IMG/VR virus record: IMGVR_UViG_3300042447_000416
Origin: an uncultured virus (IMG/VR IMGVR_UViG_3300042447_000416)
Taxonomy: Duplodnaviria > Heunggongvirae > Uroviricota > Caudoviricetes
DNA length: 64,000 nt
Direction: 5' to 3' (one strand)
The notes under the pieces are model-generated. The model worked only from the letters and a program-made list of their open reading frames with translations. It was not told the DNA's origin and ran no database searches. The position numbers were made by a program, and so were the translations under genes. Position 1 is the first letter of the stretch. Each line of letters opens with the position of its first letter. Positions 16,963 through 26,664 of the stretch are shown piece after piece.

Positions 16963-19900
16963 TTTATTTCCTTTACATTCATAGTTCCATCGTCTAGTTT
17001 TGATAGAACAACCCTACATTTCATTCCCTCACGCATTTTTGCAAGGGTCATTTTATACATAGTTGGAAAAGCAATTGCTCTTGTCAACTCTTTATTTCTA
17101 TTTGACAACACTATGTGGCTCATAGTTTTGCCTGCCTTTGTTACATATGGGGTAAAGTTTACAACTATATATTCGTCTTCTTCTAAGTCATATTCTTTAC
17201 GATATAGGTAATCTACAAACATATCGTTTGATGAGGGGTCTATATCTGAAACCTTTATGTATCTTGCAATTCTATTATCTCCAACAAGAATAAAGTACAT
17301 CTGGCCTACTTCAATTTGTGTTTGCTCATTATGAAAGAGCCCTATTGAACCAGTCTCATCTACAATCTCTACTCTTGCCCAACCTGTTCCACGTTTAATT
17401 CCCTTTACCATTCCAAACATAACAAACGATCCTAGGTCATCAAACTCTTCAATTGGTCTAGCCTGAGCTTTAACTCTTGGGGGAATACCTTCTAAATTAA
17501 ATGTTGGTATACCCAGATACTCATAATAATTATCTTTTTCATTTCCACTTCTAGGATTATCTTTAAACGCTGCAGCACCAATTGCATTAAGTGAACTAAT
17601 TGCTCTACTATTTATACCGCTTCCTTTAGCAGAAGAAATAGAAATAAAATGATTGTAGTCAATATAAGGTCTACTGTCAATAATTTTATTTGCGATGTTA
17701 TCAGATATAAATTTAACTTCAGATAATCCAAATCGAATTGCATTTTCTTGAAGTGAAAAATCAAGACCTGATTCATTAATGTGAGGCAGCAGTACCTTTA
17801 ATCCTAAGCGTTTAGCCTCAATTAAATATTCCGTCCTAGCATCTTTATCATTTTCGTTTTTAAGAATTGAAAACATGAACTCAAGCGGATAATAAAACTT
17901 AAGCCAAGCAGTATAATAACTAAGCATAGAGTAAGCAACGGCATGAGAACGATTAAAAGAATAACCAGCATGCGCTTCAAAATCGTGCCAGAGCGCCTCT
18001 GCCTTTTTCTTAGTAATGTGTTTTGAAGCCCCAATAACAAACCTATCTTTGAACTGGTCAAATTCTTTTGCATCTTTTTTCTTTCCAATAATCTTGCGGA
18101 CCTTATCAGCCTCTGCCCAAGTCATACCGCCCAAGTGTACGCATGCCTGCATAACTTGTTCTTGATATATGATAACACCATAAGTGTTCTCGGTAAACGG
18201 CTTCATAATTGTATGCATATAATCTACAGCCTCATTGCCGTGTTTACGTTTAATATATGCAGCACCAACTGTATTCATGGCTCCTGGCCTTACAAGTGCA
18301 TTAGATGCGACTAGGTCCTCAAACTTATCTGTTCCCATTTTAATAAGAAGATTAGTGTATGGTGTTGCTTCAGCTTGGAATACACCCTTAGTAAATCCTT
18401 CACTAAGCATTTTATAAACTTCTGGATCATCAAGCGTCATGTTCGATAAAATGATATCTTTGCCTGTCCTAGATTTAATTGATTTAAGAGTATCAGAAAT
18501 TACAGACAAGGTCTTAAGTCCTAGTGCATCTAGTTTGATAAGACCTATATCTGCAACCGTATCCATATCGTATGCAACGACAGGAATTCTTCCTGATACT
18601 TTGTCTTGTGCGTCTTCTCTTGATTCAACAGGAGCATAATTTCTCAAATCATCTTTTGCCACTACAACACCTGCAGCGTGTACTCCAACGGATCTAATTC
18701 TTCCACGCAATCTGTCTGCAAGCCAAACTACTTCTGGGTATTTAACTCTAAATTCTTTTGTATTCGGGGAAGAAATAAAGTCTTCAAAAGTGTCAATTGA
18801 TTTCATTGCACGATTAACTTCTTGAAGTGGGACCATAAAAATTCTTGCTGCGTCTCTAATTACACCCTTATCTTTAAAGTAAGTGTATGTAGAAATAGAC
18901 GCAACGTGTTTAAACTTTTTCTTTAAATAATCTTTAACCTCTTTACGACGACGGTCTTCAAAATCAGTATCAATATCTGGAAAGTCATTACGTTCTGGAT
19001 TAATAAAACGGAAGAACAATAAATCGTACTCTATTGGGTCCACATCAGTAATTCCTAATGTGTAACAAACTAAAGATCCAGCTGCTGAACCACGGCCAGG
19101 ACCGACCATAATATTATTTTCTTTAGCCCAGTTAATCATATCTGCTACCACTAAAAAATATGATGCAAAAGATTTGTTTCTAATTACTTCTAATTCTTCC
19201 ATTAATCTTTGCTCATACACATCATTGCCTAGCCAGCCGTCTGTTAAACGTAGCCTTTCTAGGCCCTGGAAGGCCATCTCAGCCAGTTTCTGGTCGGCAT
19301 TGGTCTTGGGTACAGGGAGTAGGTCTAAACCACTGTTAAAATCGTATTCTTCAATTTTGTCAGATATCTCAATAGTATTATCATATATATCTGTACGAGT
19401 AATATCAGCCTTATTAAAATCTGCTTCAATCTCTTCTCTAGACTGAATAAACAAATTATAGTCTTGGAAAGAAATTCTACGGTCTGGGTATAGATAGTTA
19501 AATCTTTCCATCATGTCTTTAATGTTGCGTGACATTTCAAAGTCTGAGTCTTTGTCAATTTTAGGAGATGTGGATAAGATAAGTAGTGCTTCTTCTAGTA
19601 TTCTATCTTCTTCTTTGGCAAAGTGGGCATCTCCTGTTGCTACCGCCTTAATGCCAAGTTCATCTGCAAGATCTAGTAGCTTTGCATTTATTTCTGGCGG
19701 GTTGTGAGACTGTACCTCAACATAAAAGTCTTCAGAAAAAGTTTTCTTAAAATTTTGTAAAAGAAGTTTGGCCTCTCCAAATTCTCCTTTTTCAATAGCC
19801 TTAGACATAAGACCATTGAGACATCCAGAAAGTACAATGATACCTTCACTATATTCATTTAATATCTCCCTATCAATACGTGGTTTATGATAGAAACCTT

Positions 19901-20240
19901 CGTTCCAAGCAAGCTCCTGCAATATATTAATATTCTCCAGCCCCTTTTTATTTTTCGCTAGCAAAATAATATGGTTATAGGCCTGAATAGATTTATCGGT
20001 TTTAGATGATCTATCAAATCTATCGGTTGGAGATATGTACGCCTCAACACCAAGAATTGGCTTAATGCCAGTTTCCTTTGCGGCAATTTGCATATCTCTA
20101 TGTGAAGAGAGAGTGCCATGGTCTGTAATTGCAATCGCAGTTTGTCCAGCATCTAACGCCGCTTGACATAATTCTTTAGGTGAATTTAGTCCATCCATTA
20201 ATGAATAGTATGAATGAACGTGGAGATGTGTAAAACTCAT
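16959..20240 (-). CDS. dnaE: DNA polymerase III alpha subunit
   Basis: PHP HLHVHSYYSLMDG, GRGSAAGS, PDIDTDF, YSFNRSH. Confidence 0.97.
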   Translation of the reverse strand: MSFTHLHVHSYYSLMDGLNSPKELCQAALDAGQTAIAITDHGTLSSHRDMQIAAKETGIKPILGVEAYISPTDRFDRSSKTDKSIQAYNHIILLAKNKKGLENINILQELAWNEGFYHKPRIDREILNEYSEGIIVLSGCLNGLMSKAIEKGEFGEAKLLLQNFKKTFSEDFYVEVQSHNPPEINAKLLDLADELGIKAVATGDAHFAKEEDRILEEALLILSTSPKIDKDSDFEMSRNIKDMMERFNYLYPDRRISFQDYNLFIQSREEIEADFNKADITRTDIYDNTIEISDKIEEYDFNSGLDLLPVPKTNADQKLAEMAFQGLERLRLTDGWLGNDVYEQRLMEELEVIRNKSFASYFLVVADMINWAKENNIMVGPGRGSAAGSLVCYTLGITDVDPIEYDLLFFRFINPERNDFPDIDTDFEDRRRKEVKDYLKKKFKHVASISTYTYFKDKGVIRDAARIFMVPLQEVNRAMKSIDTFEDFISSPNTKEFRVKYPEVVWLADRLRGRIRSVGVHAAGVVVAKDDLRNYAPVESREDAQDKVSGRIPVVAYDMDTVADIGLIKLDALGLKTLSVISDTLKSIKSRTGKDIILSNMTLDDPEVYKMLSEGFTKGVFQAEATPYTNLLIKMGTDKFEDLVASNALVRPGAMNTVGAAYIKRKHGNEAVDYMHTIMKPFTENTYGVIIYQEQVMQACVHLGGMTWAEADKVRKIIGKKKDAKEFDQFKDRFVIGASKHITKKKAEALWHDFEAHAGYSFNRSHAVAYSMLSYYTAWLKFYYPLEFMFSILKNENDKDARTEYLIEAKRLGLKVLLPHINESGLDFSLQENAIRFGLSEVKFISDNIANKIIDSRPYIDYNHFISISSAKGSGINSRAISSLNAIGAAAFKDNPRSGNEKDNYYEYLGIPTFNLEGIPPRVKAQARPIEEFDDLGSFVMFGMVKGIKRGTGWARVEIVDETGSIGLFHNEQTQIEVGQMYFILVGDNRIARYIKVSDIDPSSNDMFVDYLYRKEYDLEEDEYIVVNFTPYVTKAGKTMSHIVLSNRNKELTRAIAFPTMYKMTLAKMREGMKCRVVLSKLDDGTMNVKEIK

Positions 20241-20446
20241 TAATATCCGCCCATGCATTCGTTTCTTGTATGATAAAGTCTTATCTTAATCATAGTTTTT
20301 TTGTTTGGTGCGTAAAGCTTTTCTCCGCAACATGCAGTTTTTAAATACCATTCTTTTGTAAAGAAATCGTACAGCATGCCTTTATAGTGTTTATATTTAT
20401 TAGCAACAAATGTCTCAAATGGGTCTGGGATTTCATATGTTAGCAT
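20240..20446 (-). CDS. Hypothetical protein, probably leaderless
   Basis: TAGAAT-6 nt-ATG; stop overlaps the dnaE start. Confidence 0.65.
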   Translation of the reverse strand: MLTYEIPDPFETFVANKYKHYKGMLYDFFTKEWYLKTACCGEKLYAPNKKTMIKIRLYHTRNECMGGY

Positions 20447-20461
20447 AATGTTATTCTACTA

Positions 20462-20494
20462 AATAAAGCAGGGGCAGTCAATAGACTGCCCCTG
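20462..20494 (-). terminator. Intrinsic terminator after the SSB gene
   Basis: CAGGGGCAGTC/GACTGCCCCTG stem followed by CTTTATTT. Confidence 0.8.
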
Positions 20495-20505
20495 ACTATA
20501 AATAG

Positions 20506-21177
20506 TTACCAGACTAAATTGCTGTCTGAAGCAGAAGACTCTTCTTGATTTCCACCTTCGCCCATGTAGAAAGATTCTTGCTCTGCATAGGTAACGTGAC
20601 GAACTGCAGTCTTTTCTAGGTCATATAATTCTAAACTAGAAAAATCAAATGGAGCTTCATCCTTACCTAATGGAATAATCGTGTAGCTTGTGTCTGTCTT
20701 TGAACCGTTACGCTTAATTCTCCACATCAAGTTTGTGATGCTTCCCATTTCGCCAGCATATTCAATTAAGGTAGGTGTGATTGTCTTGCCACTTGTTCCT
20801 TGTGAAAGAATTGCTACATAAGGCTCTTCTTTGCCATCGTCTACCAAGACGTTAATGTACAAACGAGTTCTGGCTTTCCAGCCAGCTTTTGGATCCTTGC
20901 GATGTTGTTCATTTGCCCAGTCACGTCCTTCTGTCTCCATTGTATCTAGAGCCTTGCGACGGTAATCTTTTGGATTTGTGTGCTCTAATGCAATAAACCC
21001 ACAACCAAGCTTGTCATCATATGTTGGTGAATCAGGATCTAGTTCTTGCAAGAAACGAACTTTTACGCTTTCTCCATCCTCAATCTTTAACCAACGGCCT
21101 TTATTTTCATCCCCACCACTGTAGGTAGGCTTATCTAGTGCTTTGTTTAAGTCTTTTAGACCTTTTACGATACTCAT
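20506..21177 (-). CDS. Single-stranded DNA-binding protein (gp32-like)
   Basis: LKIEDGESVKVRFL, IKRNG..TDTSY, acidic tail ending in W; replication context. Confidence 0.7.
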   Translation of the reverse strand: MSIVKGLKDLNKALDKPTYSGGDENKGRWLKIEDGESVKVRFLQELDPDSPTYDDKLGCGFIALEHTNPKDYRRKALDTMETEGRDWANEQHRKDPKAGWKARTRLYINVLVDDGKEEPYVAILSQGTSGKTITPTLIEYAGEMGSITNLMWRIKRNGSKTDTSYTIIPLGKDEAPFDFSSLELYDLEKTAVRHVTYAEQESFYMGEGGNQEESSASDSNLVW

Positions 21178-21231
21178 TGTATCTCCTTTTTATATAGTTG
21201 ACGGTATAAATCCATCTGTTGTTTTAGTATA

Positions 21232-22227
21232 TCATATCCATGAGCGATATTCAATATCTGATACGGATTTTTTTATGCATGTTTTTATTTCTTCTTCGGT
21301 TAAATCTCCAGCATCCTTAGCCTTATTTGGGTATATTTCACGATATCCAAAAGAAGCCCAAGAAATATCTTTGTTGCGTAGCTTACTAGAAATAGATTTA
21401 CCTAACTCTCTGCCAGCTTCATCAGCATCAGTCATAATAATTATCTTATTAAAATGTCTGTTTAATAAAGACTGCTGTTCATTAGATAAAAATCCTCCCA
21501 GTGTAGCAACAACATTTGGAAAGCCCGCTTGGTGAATTCTTATTGCATCAAAATTAGATTCGCAAACTATTACTTGGTCACCAATTTTCTTAGCCCTGTG
21601 AATATTAAATAGAGTTTTGCTCTTAGGCAAGTTTGTGCTATTTTTAAAAGACTTGCCCTCAATAGACCTTCCGACTATTCCAATTGGAATTCCATCTGGG
21701 CTATGAACTGGAGTAACAACCATATTCATTGATGGCGAATAGCCAAGACCAAAGTGTTTCATAGACTCTACGCTAATACCTCTAGACTCTAAATAGGTTC
21801 TGGCATTACCGTTACCAGCAAGATCGGAATGAAGTCTATCTAATGTTTCTTGTGAAAATTTATCAAAAGATGGTTTTTCTGAAAGCATTTCTTCCATTAG
21901 GCTATCAAAATTATTTAACGATTCAGTTTCTTTAGCCGCAATTAATCTTAACGCTTGAAAGTCATTCTTATCCATAGTACGTTTAATTAAATCAATTAAA
22001 GTTCCAGTTTCCCCACATGCAGGATTAAAGCATATAAATGCCCCAGATGTTTGGCTTACGCTAAAACTAGACGTATGCCTATTAGAATGAAATGGACAGT
22101 AGCATAGGAAATCATTGCCTGTTGCGCCAACAATATTAAGTCCTATTTCAGCTAAGACTGATTTAATATGGCTTGGGGCGTAGTCCTTGGTATCAATTTG
22201 TTTTGAGTTATACCCTCGAATTGCCAT
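21232..22227 (-). CDS. dnaG: DNA primase
   Basis: CPFH zinc finger, TOPRIM CESNFDA and DADEAG. Confidence 0.92.
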   Translation of the reverse strand: MAIRGYNSKQIDTKDYAPSHIKSVLAEIGLNIVGATGNDFLCYCPFHSNRHTSSFSVSQTSGAFICFNPACGETGTLIDLIKRTMDKNDFQALRLIAAKETESLNNFDSLMEEMLSEKPSFDKFSQETLDRLHSDLAGNGNARTYLESRGISVESMKHFGLGYSPSMNMVVTPVHSPDGIPIGIVGRSIEGKSFKNSTNLPKSKTLFNIHRAKKIGDQVIVCESNFDAIRIHQAGFPNVVATLGGFLSNEQQSLLNRHFNKIIIMTDADEAGRELGKSISSKLRNKDISWASFGYREIYPNKAKDAGDLTEEEIKTCIKKSVSDIEYRSWI

Positions 22228-22454
22228 GCTTTCTTCCTTCCCACATATATCCCGTGAAGAGTCATTAAGAATCTCCATGTTGCTCCAGTAAACTCTATTG
22301 AAAAAGCTGGATCAATATCTAATACTCTTACGTATCCTTTACCACGCATATCTTGTATTAATAAGTTTTCGTACTGAGGTCTTAAGCTTATAATCTGACT
22401 ATCGTCATTAAACTCTACCTCAATTTGAAACCTTTTAATTCTTTTGTGCGTCAT
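22152..22454 (-). CDS. Hypothetical protein
   Basis: ORF between helicase and primase. Confidence 0.6.
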   Translation of the reverse strand: MTHKRIKRFQIEVEFNDDSQIISLRPQYENLLIQDMRGKGYVRVLDIDPAFSIEFTGATWRFLMTLHGIYVGRKKAWQFEGITQNKLIPRTTPQAILNQS

Positions 22455-23682
22455 TTGCAAACGGATTTTCGTAAATCTCTTTGACAATACCCCTGTTAAT
22501 ATCCCAATCTAGGAATACACCGAAGTCGTGTCCGTGTCTATTTTTTCTAGAAACAATTTCGATCATGTCTGTGCCCTTGTACTTATGAATAGCCATAGCC
22601 ATGTCTGCATCGTATTCAATTGCTTTTGACCAAGCAACTTGACTCATCATAGGAGGGTTATCTTGGTCTGTAATATCGTCTGCTGTAGCAGCAGTAATAT
22701 CAATAATAGGAATATTATTCCTTACTGCTAAATTTTTAAATTCACGAGAAATATTCATATTGCGCTCTGTAGGAGCCTTTGAATTATTATTATCAGTAAA
22801 CAACTGATGATAATCAAGAATAACAATGTCTGGCTTGTGTTGATCTATCTTAGCCTGAATAGCATTTGGAGTTACATTACCAGAGCCTTCATTTGATACT
22901 AAAATAAACTTATTCTTGTCTACAAATTTTTTCCCCGACCAGGTTCTAAAATCGTCAATATTAATATCACCCTTTGCAAAATCGCTAGCCTTAAATAAAC
23001 CTGAGCCAAGCATTGTATAAATTCTGTCACGCATATTTTCTGGTGTCATTTCAAGAGAAACAATCATAGGCTTAAATCCCTGCTCCCATGCCTTGCAGGC
23101 AAGGTAGGATGTAAACCATGTCTTTCCTTTCCCTGGCCAGCCAATAGCCACTATAAGGTGTCCTGGAGCCATTCCAGTGGGGTATGCAAGGTCAATTGAC
23201 TGGAACCCAGTCTTAATGCCTGGAGAACCTCCCATCTCGGCTGTACGGGCCTTTAGAGCCTCTAAATGCTTAATTGCTTTATCTGCATCAGTTATATCTA
23301 GGTCACGGACATTATTCGTATATTTATTTAAGCTAGAAAGCTGGGACTGAAGTTCGGCAATAACCCTAGAAGCGACATCTTCTTTAAGCATTGATCCGCC
23401 ACGAATTAAAATACTTTTTAGTCTGCTAGATAAGAATTCATTCTTTAGGTTATCTAGGTAATATGCAGTCTCTGCAGTTGCATTTAGGTCTGGCTCAAAG
23501 TCTTTAAACTTTTCTTGTAGGATTCCAATTTCTGGTATAGCCTTAAACTTATTATAATAAGACTTTAGACCATCCCAAACATCTCCGTGAGAGGTAAATA
23601 GCTCATCAACATTTTCTGCCATAACAGTGCTTATATCTTTATTCTTGCATATAGCAGAAATTAGTGTTGCTTCTGTATTCAT
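22435..23682 (-). CDS. dnaB: DnaB-like replicative helicase
   Basis: GWPGKGKT, SLEM, ILDY, IEYDAD, KNRHG. Confidence 0.93.
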   Translation of the reverse strand: MNTEATLISAICKNKDISTVMAENVDELFTSHGDVWDGLKSYYNKFKAIPEIGILQEKFKDFEPDLNATAETAYYLDNLKNEFLSSRLKSILIRGGSMLKEDVASRVIAELQSQLSSLNKYTNNVRDLDITDADKAIKHLEALKARTAEMGGSPGIKTGFQSIDLAYPTGMAPGHLIVAIGWPGKGKTWFTSYLACKAWEQGFKPMIVSLEMTPENMRDRIYTMLGSGLFKASDFAKGDINIDDFRTWSGKKFVDKNKFILVSNEGSGNVTPNAIQAKIDQHKPDIVILDYHQLFTDNNNSKAPTERNMNISREFKNLAVRNNIPIIDITAATADDITDQDNPPMMSQVAWSKAIEYDADMAMAIHKYKGTDMIEIVSRKNRHGHDFGVFLDWDINRGIVKEIYENPFANDAQKN

Positions 23683-23999
23683 AGCCCGCCCTCTTCCACC
23701 ATCTTTTTAGTAGACTCTCGCAGTAGTCGGCGTGTCTCAATATCCTTTTGTAACTCTATTCTAGCATTTTCCATTTTATCAAAGTTATAATAAAAGAATT
23801 GTAGTGGGTGCCCTGTTTTTTCTAGGCTAAAATAATAATTCAACAAGTCATTTGCCTTATGAAATCCTACGCTATCAATTACATCCTGCATGGCCCATTT
23901 TTCTCTAAATTTATTTAATACAGGAAGCCTGCCATATCTTTCTTTATAAAGATTTTGGTAATTTGTCATAAGGATATATGGCTCTCTGTTATTTGCCAC
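23679..23999 (-). CDS. Hypothetical protein
   Basis: Coupled ORF upstream of the helicase. Confidence 0.6.
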   Translation of the reverse strand: MANNREPYILMTNYQNLYKERYGRLPVLNKFREKWAMQDVIDSVGFHKANDLLNYYFSLEKTGHPLQFFYYNFDKMENARIELQKDIETRRLLRESTKKMVEEGGL

Positions 24000-24192
24000 T
24001 TTTCAGCTCTTTCTCTATTTCACCAATTTTTTCAATTAGCTTTTTTTCTACAAATTGGTAAACTCTTTCCGTAGCAATATCAACTGTTTCTCCAGAACGG
24101 GCATCATCTTCTATGCCAACATTTATCCTGATGCTTTCATAATTACCAAGATTTCTGGTAAAAGAAAGATCAACCTTTACTCTTGTTGTCAT
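23989..24192 (-). CDS. Hypothetical protein
   Basis: TRNLGNYESIRI motif; coupled ORF. Confidence 0.65.
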   Translation of the reverse strand: MTTRVKVDLSFTRNLGNYESIRINVGIEDDARSGETVDIATERVYQFVEKKLIEKIGEIEKELKSGK

Positions 24193-24302
24193 TTATGCTC
24201 CGCCTTCTTATGTCTAGTTAATGTATCGCTGGCAAATATTCCCCAGCGAACTTCTATATCCCGTTTACAAATATCACAGGTAGCTAACCTACTTTTTTCC
24301 AT
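24189..24302 (-). CDS. Tiny C2H2-type zinc-finger protein (37 aa)
   Basis: Hand-translated MEKSRLATCDICKRDIEVRWGIFASDTLTRHKKAEHK*. Confidence 0.6.
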   Translation of the reverse strand: MEKSRLATCDICKRDIEVRWGIFASDTLTRHKKAEHK

Positions 24303-24420
24303 CTTCTACCTTCTTTATTATAACGGGGCCGTTCTTAGAATTCCACTCCTCAACTTCTTTTTCTCTTTTACGTTTTTTAGAAGCACCAGTCTCAAGTGTA
24401 TATATTGCGTTGTAACTCAT
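24289..24420 (-). CDS. Small basic protein (43 aa)
   Basis: Hand-translated MSYNAIYTLETGASKKRKREKEVEEWNSKNGPVIIKKVEDGKK*. Confidence 0.5.
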   Translation of the reverse strand: MSYNAIYTLETGASKKRKREKEVEEWNSKNGPVIIKKVEDGKK

Positions 24421-24422
24421 TA

Positions 24423-24560
24423 TTACGCCTTCCATACTGCAGTAAACTCAAACTTACTAATACATTTAACGCAAATGGCAAAAATATCTGGCTGCATAAT
24501 AACTGGATACACCTTAGCTTTTGCACCTAAATTCCTACCGCATTCTTCACAAGAATTCAT
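24423..24560 (-). CDS. Small C4 zinc-finger protein (45 aa)
   Basis: Hand-translated MNSCEECGRNL...ICVKCISKFEFTAVWKA*. Confidence 0.6.
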   Translation of the reverse strand: MNSCEECGRNLGAKAKVYPVIMQPDIFAICVKCISKFEFTAVWKA

Positions 24561-25042
24561 TACTCCGCCTTCCATACTGGTACAAAGCCATCAACGGTCT
24601 TAGTATACAATATAAAGCTGTGTTTGAGAAGGGCCAATAATTCTGCCTTAGACGGAACATTTTTAGAATGCCCTGCCTCTAATATATATTGATGTAAATC
24701 TAATATATCTTTATCGCTAAACATATACTTATACCAAACATCTTCTGAAGCACTACCTATAGGATAAATTTTTTGTGGAGATTTAATTTTTCCTTCTAGA
24801 ATATATTCTTGTATCGTAACCCTATGTTTATTTAACATTGAGGCAACCTGAACAATACTATACGCACTGCCCATATTTTTATCTACTTCTGAATATGGGT
24901 AAAGCATTCTTTTCTTATCTAAATACGACCAAGCAATTAGTTGATCTTTAGCTCTAGATAAGCTAAGAGTCTTGTGTATTTTTTCGTTTAAGAAGAAATA
25001 CCGTACTTCTTTGAGTGATTTTCTTCTAGTGTCTCTAGCCAT
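24560..25042 (-). CDS. HTH (MerR/excisionase-like) DNA-binding protein
   Basis: YSIVQVASMLNKHRVTIQEYILEGKI. Confidence 0.65.
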   Translation of the reverse strand: MARDTRRKSLKEVRYFFLNEKIHKTLSLSRAKDQLIAWSYLDKKRMLYPYSEVDKNMGSAYSIVQVASMLNKHRVTIQEYILEGKIKSPQKIYPIGSASEDVWYKYMFSDKDILDLHQYILEAGHSKNVPSKAELLALLKHSFILYTKTVDGFVPVWKAE

Positions 25043-25176
25043 TTGCCCATCTTATTTGTACTTTTATTCATCATCCAGCGCTTGCCGCACATGATGCAAA
25101 ACAATTCCATATGCATTTTTTGAGAAAATACTCTGTCTACAAATACTCTCCCACCGCATTTATTGCATTTAATCAT
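24988..25176 (-). CDS. Zinc-ribbon protein
   Basis: CNKCGG...CIMCG. Confidence 0.7.
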   Translation of the reverse strand: MIKCNKCGGRVFVDRVFSQKMHMELFCIMCGKRWMMNKSTNKMGKWLETLEENHSKKYGISS

Positions 25177-25988
25177 ACCTGAAATAACTTTCCATCTACT
25201 ACACAAGTATAATCTGGAGATACGTGTATCATATTAACGTGTGGATACTTTCCATTTTCAATATGAGCTATTGCAAATCCTTTTTGCCAGTCATGATGCT
25301 GTGTATATTTCATACCTGGACCCTTTTCATCACACATGTGGCCAATCTCATACCCACGTAAAGTTTCTCCTTTGCCTTTATTTCTAAGCTCGTAAGTAAC
25401 CATGTGTGAAGCAATCCTATGAGAATGACCTCTAATTAAAGACACCTGCATATCTTCCATATCTTTTCTAACAGATCCAGTTGCTGCAATAGACATTCCA
25501 TGATGAACATGTATATCTCCAAAACGGCGCTCTGGCAATTCGTTATAATAAATATAATCGTAGCCCAATGAATCTAAACTCCATAGAGCTTCTGGTGTTA
25601 CATGCTTTGCATATTCAGGTATTTTTTTATCTAGATAATCAAAAATTCTAATATCATGGTTTCCTAGTGCTGAGAACAGCTGGGAGTCTGGAAGCATTTT
25701 TCTTGTTCTTTCATAAAATTCTCTAGCGCCGCTTGCTTCAATCTTCATATCTTTTAGCATTAGCTCTAAATCATTTGTCACGTCATCATTCTTATATGCC
25801 TTTAAAAATTCTGTCGGTTTGCCATCTGTATATTTACTATAACAGGCTTGATCGTCTGTGTCACCAAGGTAATCGACAACGTCTGGCTTAAACCATTTCA
25901 TAACTTTAAACCAAAGCTCGATCATCTTGTCGTCCTGATATGGAAATTGCTGATCTGAGGACAGCATCCATTTTAAGTCGTTAGTCAT
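25173..25988 (-). CDS. Calcineurin-like metallophosphoesterase
   Basis: SD.Q, LGD..D, GNHD, HHG, GHSH. Confidence 0.88.
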   Translation of the reverse strand: MTNDLKWMLSSDQQFPYQDDKMIELWFKVMKWFKPDVVDYLGDTDDQACYSKYTDGKPTEFLKAYKNDDVTNDLELMLKDMKIEASGAREFYERTRKMLPDSQLFSALGNHDIRIFDYLDKKIPEYAKHVTPEALWSLDSLGYDYIYYNELPERRFGDIHVHHGMSIAATGSVRKDMEDMQVSLIRGHSHRIASHMVTYELRNKGKGETLRGYEIGHMCDEKGPGMKYTQHHDWQKGFAIAHIENGKYPHVNMIHVSPDYTCVVDGKLFQV

Positions 25989-26006
25989 TGTTTACCTTAA
26001 TGTCAG

Positions 26007-26071
26007 TAGGCCATGAATATTCATGGCCTATAGTCTAAATCAAATTGTAGCATAGTGCTACATATTGTCAA
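26007..26071 (-). promoter_or_regulatory. sigmaA-type promoter of the replication operon with two palindromes
   Basis: TTGACA-16 nt-TACAAT; TGTAGCA-N3-TGCTACA over the -10; perfect 24-bp palindrome at 26007-26030. Confidence 0.65.
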
Positions 26072-26074
26072 TAC

Positions 26075-26500
26075 CTAAGTCGTGCTACAAGCAATCCAAT
26101 TTACGTAAAGACTTCCGCTAGCACTGGCGCCTACATTCTGCATTTGTATTGAAAACCCTGTAGTGGATGCAGCAGTCACTATTGGCTGAAACTTATTAAC
26201 TAATATTGCACTAGCTGAAGGTTGCCAAATCGTACACACGATATTTGGCTGAGCATCAAAATCCCTTTTAAATTTTACTGCGGTAACTGTCTTTCCGTCT
26301 TTATTGGCAGTAATTTTCAGTCTGCCAGACTCAATTTGTGTTTGAACACTCGACCCAGGAGGTGGTGTTGAGCTGCCACTATCGTTAATAGAATTTGATA
26401 AACTATTTATTATATTTATATTAGACACAATGTTGGACAATAACTCTGATGTTATTGGATCCCCTGGATTTACAGGCATTGGTTGCAATTGTTCAGCCAT
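26075..26500 (-). CDS. Minor tail protein with H-type-lectin-like C-terminal domain
   Basis: VKFKRDF...PNIVCT, TTGFSI, VNWIA. Confidence 0.6.
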   Translation of the reverse strand: MAEQLQPMPVNPGDPITSELLSNIVSNINIINSLSNSINDSGSSTPPPGSSVQTQIESGRLKITANKDGKTVTAVKFKRDFDAQPNIVCTIWQPSASAILVNKFQPIVTAASTTGFSIQMQNVGASASGSLYVNWIACSTT

Positions 26501-26502
26501 TT

Positions 26503-26664
26503 TTACTCCTTTGGTTTTTCCTTTGGTGCCTCTAGTTCTTGAATTTTTAATGACAACTGAGTAATCTCGGCACGAAGAACAGCAATACTTGTCTCATATT
26601 GTGAGACAATTTCTCCAATACGTTGCTGTAATGCTGTTACAATTAATTCTAATCTATTATCCAT
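26503..26664 (-). CDS. Small coiled-coil protein (53 aa)
   Basis: Hand-translated MDNRLELIVTALQQRIGEIVSQYETSIAVLRAEITQL... Confidence 0.7.
   Translation of the reverse strand: MDNRLELIVTALQQRIGEIVSQYETSIAVLRAEITQLSLKIQELEAPKEKPKE

Noticed and set aside
8041..23682. Inteins or introns in terL, recA, dnaE, dnaB
   Set aside because: Normal lengths, continuous motifs, no splice signatures.
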